Positions 1-8,091 of a stretch of 64,000 nt of DNA are shown in pieces. Numbering within the stretch: position 1 is the first letter of the stretch; each line of letters begins with the position of its first letter. The stretch comes from an uncultured delta proteobacterium (GTDB lineage Bacteria; Desulfobacterota; Binatia; UBA9968): the NCBI GenBank assembly GCA_963745835.1, contig CAVUZH010000003.1:1280001-1344000 (forward strand), written 5' to 3'. Both the position numbers and the translations under genes were made by a program. The notes under the pieces are model-generated. The model was given only the letters and a program-made list of their open reading frames with translations, was not told the origin of the DNA and did no database searches.

Positions 1-493
1 GTCACGACGTACAAAATCAAACAATTCTTTGGCGGAAAGCTCGAGGGTCCGTACCGGTAGCCGCTTGAAATCGCTTTAAGAAAGCTTCAGCCTGCGCCTC
101 TGACGCCCCAAAGCTCATTCGCGCATCTCTCTTGACCCTTTTCGAAGTCTGTTCGTTTACCTGATGCTGAAAATTCGGGACCCTCACTTTTAAAAATGAA
201 ACGAACAGTGAGAGGGTATACCGATCGTCGGGGGTCGGCGATTTGCCAGCTGCGAGTTTTGATAATACAGGTTTAGTAGCCCCTTCAACCCGGGCGAGTA
301 TTGCTTCAATTTCATTATTTCTAACACCATTCTCGTCACGGAACGCATAGTAATTGCTTTTTACAGCCGTATTTATAGGCGTCTGCTTCCGGTACTCTCT
401 TAACTCCCGATCATAGACCCAGATGAAGCCGTTGCCGCAAAAAGATTGTAAGTAAAAATCAGGAAGATAGTGATGTCTCTTTGGGGAAGACAT
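1..493 (-). CDS. DUF4238-family protein, probably frameshifted near 40-45 and continuing off the window edge
   Basis: N-terminus PKRHHYLPDFYLQSF...WVYD matches the DUF4238 HHYVPxxYL signature. The ORF stops at 17, but a shifted frame (ELSAKELFDFVRRD) stays open to position 1. Confidence 0.7.
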
Positions 494-594
494 CTAACGG
501 TCCCGGTAGCTTAGAGATTCGAAACGTCCATGGACACATTTTGGACACATCGGCGAGAAATGGGATTAGTTATGCTGGCTAATTTATTGATTAA
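1..594. mobile_element. Probable end of an integrative element/genomic island at the tRNA-Arg 3' end
   Basis: Direct repeat TGGACACAT at 531-539 and 542-550, an AT-rich CTAATTTATTGATTAA tract abutting the tRNA CCA, and an accessory-type gene next to it. No integrase in the window. Confidence 0.45.
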
Positions 595-671
595 TGGCGC
601 GCCCGGAGGGATTTGAACCCCCAACCCCCAGATTCGTAGTCTGGTGCTCTGTCCAATTGAGCTACGGGCGC
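595..671 (-). tRNA. tRNA-Arg (anticodon ACG)
   Basis: Reverse complement reads GCGCCCGTAGCTCAATTGGACAGAGCA-CCAGA CT ACG AA TCTGG-GGGTTGGGGGTTCAAATCCCTCCGGGCGCGCCA; cloverleaf with encoded CCA. Confidence 0.97.
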
Positions 672-999
672 TTGGCAAACCACACTGACCTCACGAGCAC
701 ATCGGGATTCCTGGAACGGTGTAGAAATCGATCCTCTCAGGCTGAGATCCAACGCTTATTGCCGGAAGAGAGAAATTAGCATAGCGAATATCGCTTTTCT
801 AGGCATGATCACGTGTCCCTAAGAGACAGCTTGGAACTGTTGTCGAAACAGATTGCCTATCTGCGTGGAGATGCATTCGACCAGCCCACGCTTGAGAGCG
901 GTTAGTGCATTACGTTGAGTGCGGATTGGCGTAAAGCAAAAGACTTGACGTCCATTTGTCTTATCGATAAACAGAGCTGACCGGATTGGAGGATTAATC

Positions 1000-1500
1000 A
1001 TGCCAGCTACCCTCGAGTTATTTGCTTCTGAGTGCCGCCAAATTCTTAAAGCGGATCCCGGGCCGGCGGGCCGGGAACAGGTACGCGAACTCGTTCAACA
1101 GATTCTTAAAGATGAAACGTTCGTCACGACCTACATCAACGACAACACACCCGATCGTCAGGTGATTTACGAGGATCCGGAACTCGGTTTCTGCATCTGC
1201 GCCCACTTGAACCAGGGCGCTAAAGAAGCCAATCCTCACGATCACGGCAGTTCCTGGGCGATATACGGCCAGGCATTTGGGGAAACGGAGATGAGCGAGT
1301 GGGAAATTGTTGAGCCTGCCAGCGAAGCCAAGCCCGGCAGAGTGCGCCGTACGAAAGTTTACTCTCTCAAACCCGGGATGGCGCACCTTTATAACGAGAG
1401 CGAAGTGCATTCGCCGAAGCGAGTCGCCGCAACCGGGCTCATTCGCATCGAGGGGACCGATACCCAGAAGTTGAAGCGGTTATCCTATAAGGCGATTTGA
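1000..1500 (+). CDS. Cysteine dioxygenase-like cupin protein
   Basis: PHDHGSSWAIYG and VHSP metal-binding motifs; GGAGG RBS upstream. Confidence 0.7.
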   Translation: MPATLELFASECRQILKADPGPAGREQVRELVQQILKDETFVTTYINDNTPDRQVIYEDPELGFCICAHLNQGAKEANPHDHGSSWAIYGQAFGETEMSEWEIVEPASEAKPGRVRRTKVYSLKPGMAHLYNESEVHSPKRVAATGLIRIEGTDTQKLKRLSYKAI

Positions 1501-1513
1501 TTAAGAGATTCGA

Positions 1514-4069
1514 TCAGTTTGGGACTATAGTACCCTCCCAGACAATCTCACGCGCATCTTTATCGTCACGCAAGCCAACAAATTTGGCTGCTCGAAGATG
1601 CTTGTCCGGAGTCCATTCAACAAATTCAACTTGGGCGATCAACTCCGGCTTCAGCCAAACGCAATTTTTCATCTCCTCACGTGTTAACGCCCACTGAGTG
1701 CGTCTTTTCTCAGGCAGATTGGCAAACGGGCAAGAGTTCTCCTCTAAGCCGGCAAACTTTCGAGCGATCTCCCGTCTCACACGCGGCACAAACCCATTTC
1801 TTACCTTGGCAGCGTACAACAAGCTGTCACCTTCATAGTAGCCGACAATAACCGCGTCGAACGGATTACCTGGTGTGTATCCTCCGATGACGAAAGGTTG
1901 AAGCTTGTTTATCTTGTATTTGAGCCAAGACCGACTGCGCTTTCCGGCCTGATAGAGCGAGTTTTTCTTTTTGGCAATAATGCCCTCGAGCGATAAGTCC
2001 TTTGCCGCGGCAACGATCTCGTGCGGTGAACCGTCGATGCTTTCCGACATTCTTATGGGATCGGCAATATTTTCCAACAAGATGGCCAGCAGCTCACGCC
2101 TTTTCTCGAGGGCAACGCCCATAAGATTTTTATTCCTCTGGGCTAGAAGGTCAAACACATAGAAATGGATCTGTTTGGCGGTGAAGCGAAAATTCTGCAG
2201 AAGATTGAATGACGGTCTACCGTTGCTATCGAGCGCCACTATTTCGCCATCGAGGATCATTCCCGGTTCTACGCTTTCGAGCGCTTTTGCGATGGTCGGA
2301 AAACGCGAATTCAGCAAATTCTTTTTTCGCGAGTACAGCTTTACTCCGCTTTCATCGCACAGGGCCAGGCAACGATAGCCGTCGAGCTTTATTTCATAAC
2401 TCCATAGATCAGAATCCTCCGGCAACTCCTCGACGGTCTCGGACAGCATCGGCTCGATGAACCTGATGCGTATCTCGGGCAACTCGATAGCCGAAATCCC
2501 GTCGCCGTTGTTCGTCGCGATCTTCTTTGCCGCAGTTCTGTTGCTGTGCCAGACGGCGTCCTCCGCTTTGGCAATCTGGCCAAGACTTCGGCCTGTCAAT
2601 GCCGAAGAATTGTCTCTCTTTTCAGAGATGCGCTTCATTGCAGAGCCGGCTTTAATAAGATACCACACATTGCCTTTACCGTTGCGGTCATTCCCTTTCA
2701 CAAGCACCCATTCGCCTCTGAGCTTCTTGCCGTTTAGAAGAATATGAATTTTTCCTTTCCAAAAATTTCCATCAATGAGCTCGTAAGTTCCAATATCCCA
2801 GACCATCACGGTCCCGCCGCCATATTCTCCTGTCGGAATAATCCCTTCAAAGTTGGCGTAGTCCATCGGGTGATCTTCCGTCGCCATTGCCAACCTTCGT
2901 TCGTGTAGATCATAGGGCGGCCCCTTGGGGATCGCCCATGATTTCAAAGTGCCGCTCATTTCCAAGCGGAAATCATAATGGAGGTGACTGGCGGCATGTT
3001 TTTGTATGACAAACAGACGGCGTCCTCCTTGGCGCCTAGTGGTAGGAACAGAAGGCGCCGGTTCCCGGGTCTTAGTGAAGTCTCGTTTGCGACGATAGGG
3101 TTCAAGGGCCGCCAGGCCGGCGTCACTCGGATCACTCGAAACTTGGGGATTGAGCTGCAAGAATGGTTTTGGCAAGATTTGCTTCAAGCGCAACGACGGC
3201 GCAAACAAATCGCCAATCTTTTCCAATCTCTTCAGGGCCGCCTCTGGTTCAAAGAATAATTTAGAAGCGTCATTTGTAGCCAGCGCCGTTTCCAATTCGC
3301 GCCAACTTACCGGCATAGCGACGAACGGCCTCTCCGCCTTGGCTCTCAAAGAATACACCGCGACGGTCGACTTATGCTCTGAGTTTTGGCTCCAATCGAT
3401 GAAAACTTTTCCCTTGCGCTTGTGCTTAGCCATCTCCGACACGATCGATTTAGGGTGCTCACTGGCAAGATACTGGGCGACGCTTTGGGCAAACGCCTGC
3501 GTCATCTCGTAAGTAACATTTGTATTCAGAGGAACGTGGACGTGAATACCTTTAGACCCGGAAACCTTGAGCAAAGATTCGAGTGCCAACCGGTCGAGCA
3601 GGTCTCTCAATATAAATGCCACCTCGCAGGATTGGACGAGGCTTGCTCCCTCTCCAGGATCAAGATCGAAAACTACCATCGTCGGAACGCTAATTTCGGG
3701 TGCTTTAGCAAGAAAGGGGTGGATCTCGAGGTTGGCCAAGTTTGCCGACCATACCAGCGCCGGGAGGTCGTTGATCAGGATGTAATTGATCATCGACTCG
3801 CTGGAGCTGCGCTGTACTCGGTAAGTCTTTATCCAAGGGGGCGTAAAAGATGGGGCGTTTTTTTCGTAGAAATGCTTGCCTCGAACGCCATTCGGATATC
3901 GCTTAAGCGTAATCGGTCGATTTTCGATGTGAGGCAGTATGTAGGGTGCGACCCGGCTATAGAAATCGATGACCTGACCCTTAGTAAAGCCGGTTTCGGG
4001 ATAAAGTACTTTGTCAACGTTCGAAAGAGCGAGTTTTTTGTTGCCGATTTTGACGGACAGCGAAGCCAC
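1514..4069 (-). CDS. ligD: NHEJ DNA ligase D (polymerase - phosphoesterase - ligase order)
   Basis: N-terminal primase-polymerase (KRYPNG, FDLDP), central PE domain (FVIQKHAASHLHYDFRLE), C-terminal ATP-dependent ligase (EIKLDGYR, EGIIAK, WLKYK). Confidence 0.93.
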   Translation of the reverse strand: MASLSVKIGNKKLALSNVDKVLYPETGFTKGQVIDFYSRVAPYILPHIENRPITLKRYPNGVRGKHFYEKNAPSFTPPWIKTYRVQRSSSESMINYILINDLPALVWSANLANLEIHPFLAKAPEISVPTMVVFDLDPGEGASLVQSCEVAFILRDLLDRLALESLLKVSGSKGIHVHVPLNTNVTYEMTQAFAQSVAQYLASEHPKSIVSEMAKHKRKGKVFIDWSQNSEHKSTVAVYSLRAKAERPFVAMPVSWRELETALATNDASKLFFEPEAALKRLEKIGDLFAPSLRLKQILPKPFLQLNPQVSSDPSDAGLAALEPYRRKRDFTKTREPAPSVPTTRRQGGRRLFVIQKHAASHLHYDFRLEMSGTLKSWAIPKGPPYDLHERRLAMATEDHPMDYANFEGIIPTGEYGGGTVMVWDIGTYELIDGNFWKGKIHILLNGKKLRGEWVLVKGNDRNGKGNVWYLIKAGSAMKRISEKRDNSSALTGRSLGQIAKAEDAVWHSNRTAAKKIATNNGDGISAIELPEIRIRFIEPMLSETVEELPEDSDLWSYEIKLDGYRCLALCDESGVKLYSRKKNLLNSRFPTIAKALESVEPGMILDGEIVALDSNGRPSFNLLQNFRFTAKQIHFYVFDLLAQRNKNLMGVALEKRRELLAILLENIADPIRMSESIDGSPHEIVAAAKDLSLEGIIAKKKNSLYQAGKRSRSWLKYKINKLQPFVIGGYTPGNPFDAVIVGYYEGDSLLYAAKVRNGFVPRVRREIARKFAGLEENSCPFANLPEKRRTQWALTREEMKNCVWLKPELIAQVEFVEWTPDKHLRAAKFVGLRDDKDAREIVWEGTIVPN

Positions 4070-4139
4070 CAGGAAATTCTACCGCGCCATTGGGCAGATG
4101 CAATTGTAATCTCTTGCAAAACTCTGTTGGCACGCACTG

Positions 4140-4171
4140 AAGGGCCCGCCCTTATTGAGGGCGAGCCTTTT
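4140..4171. terminator. Inverted-repeat hairpin between ligD and the upstream gene
   Basis: AAGGGCCCGCCCT-TATTG-AGGGCGAGCCTTTT; U-tract only on the + strand. Confidence 0.4.
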
Positions 4172-4185
4172 ACCGATCGCGCGCC

Positions 4186-4947
4186 CTATGAATGATTTCG
4201 AATCGCCAATATCAGCTGCTCCCGATTCAACGCGGAAGGTTGGATATTTAACTCACGGGCTTTGGCATTGAGCTGTTGGTCGGTAAGTTTATCGAGGTCA
4301 TCAGCAGCTGTCTCATCGCCAGGCTCTTTCCTAGTTTCGCGCCCCGTAGTCCAGGAAGGCGGATCGCTGGCCGGAAATGAGTCGGCCAATGCATCGTCGA
4401 TCTCCGGCTCCGAACTTGTCTCCCGGTTCGCGCTACCGCCGCGAGTTTCTTCTACAGCCGATTCCTGTGCCGCCCTGGAGGGAGTAAATGGTTTGTTCTC
4501 CTCGTCTCGTTTAGACGCTCTTCCCATCGTCGCCGGCCCCAAAGCTGCGACCAGCCTATTCCACAAATCATACGGTATCTCCGCCTTCGGCGCATAGTAA
4601 TTCATCTCTGTAGCCTTGATGTCGGCGGTTGCGGCAAATGGCACCGAGGCCGGAATCCGCATGTCTAGGTAAACTGCGCCTTGCTTTAATTTTGTCCCTG
4701 CCGGGACGATCGGAATTTGCGACAACTCGTCGCGCGTAAACTCATCCAAACGTCCGACAAGAACTCCGATATCGGCGGCAGTGCGCGCGCCGGCATCGTT
4801 GCGTTTTGAAGAAGCTCCAATATTCTGTCCTTCCATTCGCTCAGGATTCAAATCGTCCCTCCACTCAGGTGGATGCTTTTCCTGTTCTTGCGGTTTAGGT
4901 GATCCCGCTTTCTGTTTCGTTTTTTTCTCGCTCTTGTTTGTTGCCAT
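4186..4947 (-). CDS. Hypothetical mosaic protein with DSFPASDPPSW motif and C-terminal Rho-N/HEH-like segment
   Basis: ATG at 4947 with GGAG RBS; motifs DDALADSFPASDPPSWT and LDKLTDQQLNAKARELNI...LNREQLILAI. Confidence 0.7.
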   Translation of the reverse strand: MATNKSEKKTKQKAGSPKPQEQEKHPPEWRDDLNPERMEGQNIGASSKRNDAGARTAADIGVLVGRLDEFTRDELSQIPIVPAGTKLKQGAVYLDMRIPASVPFAATADIKATEMNYYAPKAEIPYDLWNRLVAALGPATMGRASKRDEENKPFTPSRAAQESAVEETRGGSANRETSSEPEIDDALADSFPASDPPSWTTGRETRKEPGDETAADDLDKLTDQQLNAKARELNIQPSALNREQLILAIRNHS

Positions 4948-5430
4948 GAATGCTCCTGCGAAGTTAATTTTGTTTGTGCTAAGCACCTCTAGGCGCAGAT
5001 TTAGTCGCTAAAGACGCATTGCTAAAATGACATTCAACCGTGAGACCATGCGCGCTAGGCGGCCCTAGAGTTTAGGCTAATCACGAACTCACAAATTTTT
5101 TATCCAATTCTGCTCATGCGCCTCTGCATCTTTGCGCAGGTTGTTTTTGCAATAAATAACTACATAAGAATTATTCTCGTCGTGCTGCATAACGGACGTA
5201 CCTCCCATAGCCGCTCTAAGTCGCAACGGATGTGCCACCCCGCGATCGTAACAAACGGCGCATGCACGAGATCCGTGTTTCATTTCTGCGAAACAGATCC
5301 GATCCTGTGATCCATTTTCAAAACTGCCTATAACCTGGCCCGAGTCAGGATACGAACGATAGACTCTACGCCTATTTACTGATAGTTAGCAGTCAGCGGA
5401 TCTTTTTTGCTGCGGAACGGAGGGACTGAG

Positions 5431-5790
5431 ATGATTTTATCAAGAAACGCGGACGTGAAATCACTCGTCGTCAAATCGATCGAGGGCAAGCAGATGAACG
5501 GTGATTTGCTAGTTAAGCCGCTTATCAGAGGCGATGAAATGACACTCCTGGAAATTCACTATACACCTGGTGTCGGAGCGCCTCTACATGTTCACCAACA
5601 CGAATCCTTAGCCTACGTTGTAAAAGGCAAGGTTAAGATGACGGTTGGCAAAGAAACCTACATTCTCGGGCCAGGCGATGTTTGCCGGCATCCTCAGGGC
5701 GTACCGCACGGCGTCGAAGGGATTGACGAATCCATTGTCGTTGAAATCAAATCCCCGGCTCCTGAAATTTCTACCTTCTTGGGGATGTAA
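5431..5790 (+). CDS. Cupin domain protein
   Basis: HVHQHESLAYVVKG...PQGVPHG cupin motifs. Confidence 0.85.
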   Translation: MILSRNADVKSLVVKSIEGKQMNGDLLVKPLIRGDEMTLLEIHYTPGVGAPLHVHQHESLAYVVKGKVKMTVGKETYILGPGDVCRHPQGVPHGVEGIDESIVVEIKSPAPEISTFLGM

Positions 5791-5827
5791 CCGCTCGCAC
5801 ACAACAGCACGTGGCAGGAGAACAGGT

Positions 5828-6190
5828 ATGGCCGGAAAAGCGAAATATTTAATGATCGCGAGCATGGACGTCGATCCAGAACACGATGCCATATTCAATG
5901 AGGTTTACGATAAAGAACATGTTCCGAACTTAGGCAAGGTGCCGGGTGTTCTGGGTATCACTCGATATCGCCGAGGTGAGCTCACGATGAATATCGGGGG
6001 CGAGCGCAAGACCATCGAAATTCCCAATGAACCCAGCTATGTCGCCATTTACGAATTGGACAGCCCCGACGTTCTAACCAGCGCAGCCTGGGATAAAGCG
6101 ATTGAAGATGGGCGCTGGCCGAGCCAGGTGAGACCTTACACAAAGAATCGACGCCACGTGCTCCTGAAGCTTATGGAGCCGGAGAAGTAA
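5828..6190 (+). CDS. EthD/DUF4286-like dimeric alpha-beta barrel protein
   Basis: FNEVYDKEHVPNLGKVPGV and YVAIYELDS patterns; AGGAG RBS. Confidence 0.7.
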   Translation: MAGKAKYLMIASMDVDPEHDAIFNEVYDKEHVPNLGKVPGVLGITRYRRGELTMNIGGERKTIEIPNEPSYVAIYELDSPDVLTSAAWDKAIEDGRWPSQVRPYTKNRRHVLLKLMEPEK

Positions 6191-6280
6191 TCTTTATTGA
6201 CGTTAAATCTATACGTCGCGGGCCGTGCTGTGCGAGTTTCTGACGAGCTAAGTCAACTACGAAGGATGTGACCTTTACGC

Positions 6281-6757
6281 CTATTCCCGTTTTCGCGCAA
6301 GCTCCAAGAAATTGGTTAATTTCTCGGCAATTTCATCGGCGCCGATCACTGCAGCGTGTTGCTCGAAGAGTGGAAACAGCTCGCGTTCTTCTCTGCGAAT
6401 GTGCCGCTCTAAAATGTCTCCAAGATCGAAAATCACTTTTCCTAAACCTAAGGTCGCCTGCAATTTCGGAATAGCCAGACGCAGGCTTTCGTGATCGCGC
6501 GTAAGATCAGCGATTAGCTCTTCGCTCTCAGGCACGTGCAAGCTCATTGGTGGAAAAAGAATCTCCTCTTCAGCCTCAAAGTGCGAGCTAAGCTCAGCCG
6601 CAAATAGTGTAAGAAACTCACCCGCGCGCAATCGCAAGCCTTCCGCGCCGGTTGGTTTTATTTGTCCCAAGGCTTGCTTTCGGCAGCGTAACGCGAGCGC
6701 CAAACCATGGTGGTGGTCATGGGAAAGAGGAATCAAGCCGGGGTGTCGTTTAGGCAT
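6281..6757 (-). CDS. Hemerythrin HHE cation-binding domain protein
   Basis: LSHDHHHGL, HFEAEEEILFP and HIRREERELFP motifs. Confidence 0.85.
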   Translation of the reverse strand: MPKRHPGLIPLSHDHHHGLALALRCRKQALGQIKPTGAEGLRLRAGEFLTLFAAELSSHFEAEEEILFPPMSLHVPESEELIADLTRDHESLRLAIPKLQATLGLGKVIFDLGDILERHIRREERELFPLFEQHAAVIGADEIAEKLTNFLELARKRE

Positions 6758-6823
6758 ACTGGAGTGATTAGCGGAACTGTTCTGACCAGACCGACCGCTA
6801 GCATGACGAGGCAGTACAATCGT

Positions 6824-7996
6824 TCAGATTATCGCCTTTGCTCTCAAAGCCTCAATCGCCGCCGCGTCATAACCCAGCGAGCTTAAAATATCATCGGCAT
6901 GCTCGCCTAAAATGGGCGGCGGTTTATCTATGGTCGGGGGCGTGCGGCTCATATCAACCGCGTTACCGACCATCTTAACATCGCCCATCTTCGGGTGAGT
7001 GATGATTTGCGGAAAGCCGTACTCACGAACTTGCGGATCGTCAAAGACCTCGTCCAAAGTATTCAGCGGCGCCGCGGGGACATCGTTCTCAATCAGTTGC
7101 TTCAACCATTCTTCCCTTCGACCGTGTTTAAAGATTTCTTGCAGACCTTCATAGAGGCTGTCGTAATTAGCGATTCGGCCCTGCCGATTATTAAAACGCG
7201 CGTCATTGCTCCACTCCGTCCTCCCGACCACCCTAAAGAGCGCATTCCAGAACTTGTCAGGGGAAGACATGTGCAGAATGAACGGCAGGTTTTGTTGATC
7301 AACGAAGGCGAAGACGCCTGCGGTCGTGGTTCTATGCTTGCGCCGGGGCACGTGCCCTGTTTCGAAATAGCGCGCGGCGTTTTCAGCAACAAAAGAGACT
7401 GATGCTCTAAGCAATGACGTTTCAACCAGCTGACCCTGTCCCGTCAGCATTCGGTTTATGAGAGCTGCCAAAATGCCGTAGCATGCGTACATACCCGTCA
7501 AGTGATCCGAAAAAGAAATCCCCATGCCTTGAGGCTTGCCCGGATCAGTAAGTAAACTGAGCAGGCCACTTCGCGCCTGGCCAATGGTGTCATAACCGGG
7601 CATATCCCGGTAAGGTCCCTTCGGGCCAAAGCCGGAGATTGAGCAGTAAACGAGCTTGGAATTGAGCTTGCGGACGTCCTCATAGCCGAGTCCGCGTTTT
7701 TCCATCACGCCCGGACGAAAGTTTTGGATCAAAACATCGCTTTGAGCGGCCAGCTTCAGAACGATCTCCCGGGCTTGGTCATGGCGCAGATCCAAAGTTA
7801 AGCTTCTTTTGTTTCTGTTGAGACTACAAAAAGTGGCGGAGTAGTTCTTTTCACCCCACCCGCGGAATGGATCACCACGCTTCGGCTCCTCGATCTTAAC
7901 GACGTCGGCCCCCATGTCGGCTAGGAGTTGCGAAGCGAACGGGCCCGTCACATAACTCGCAATTTCAATGACCTTGATTCCAGCTAAAGCGCTCAT
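6824..7996 (-). CDS. Family III CoA-transferase (CaiB/BaiF)
   Basis: GPFASQLLADMGADVVKIE, NRNKRSLTLDL, NFRPG and GYD motifs. Confidence 0.92.
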   Translation of the reverse strand: MSALAGIKVIEIASYVTGPFASQLLADMGADVVKIEEPKRGDPFRGWGEKNYSATFCSLNRNKRSLTLDLRHDQAREIVLKLAAQSDVLIQNFRPGVMEKRGLGYEDVRKLNSKLVYCSISGFGPKGPYRDMPGYDTIGQARSGLLSLLTDPGKPQGMGISFSDHLTGMYACYGILAALINRMLTGQGQLVETSLLRASVSFVAENAARYFETGHVPRRKHRTTTAGVFAFVDQQNLPFILHMSSPDKFWNALFRVVGRTEWSNDARFNNRQGRIANYDSLYEGLQEIFKHGRREEWLKQLIENDVPAAPLNTLDEVFDDPQVREYGFPQIITHPKMGDVKMVGNAVDMSRTPPTIDKPPPILGEHADDILSSLGYDAAAIEALRAKAII

Positions 7997-8091
7997 TGAT
8001 AACTTTCCGCCGCTGACGCAAATCGGCTTAAGGTTGAGTATCATCTTCCTAACTGTGGGTGACGTATGAAGTCAAGGGCGAGCGCCGCCGC

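Noticed and set aside
594-779. 61-aa ORF MARPEGFEPPTPRFVVWCS
   Set aside because: Antisense translation of tRNA-Arg.
3386-4195. 269-aa + strand ORF and similar long antisense ORFs
   Set aside because: Shadow ORFs opposite well-supported genes.
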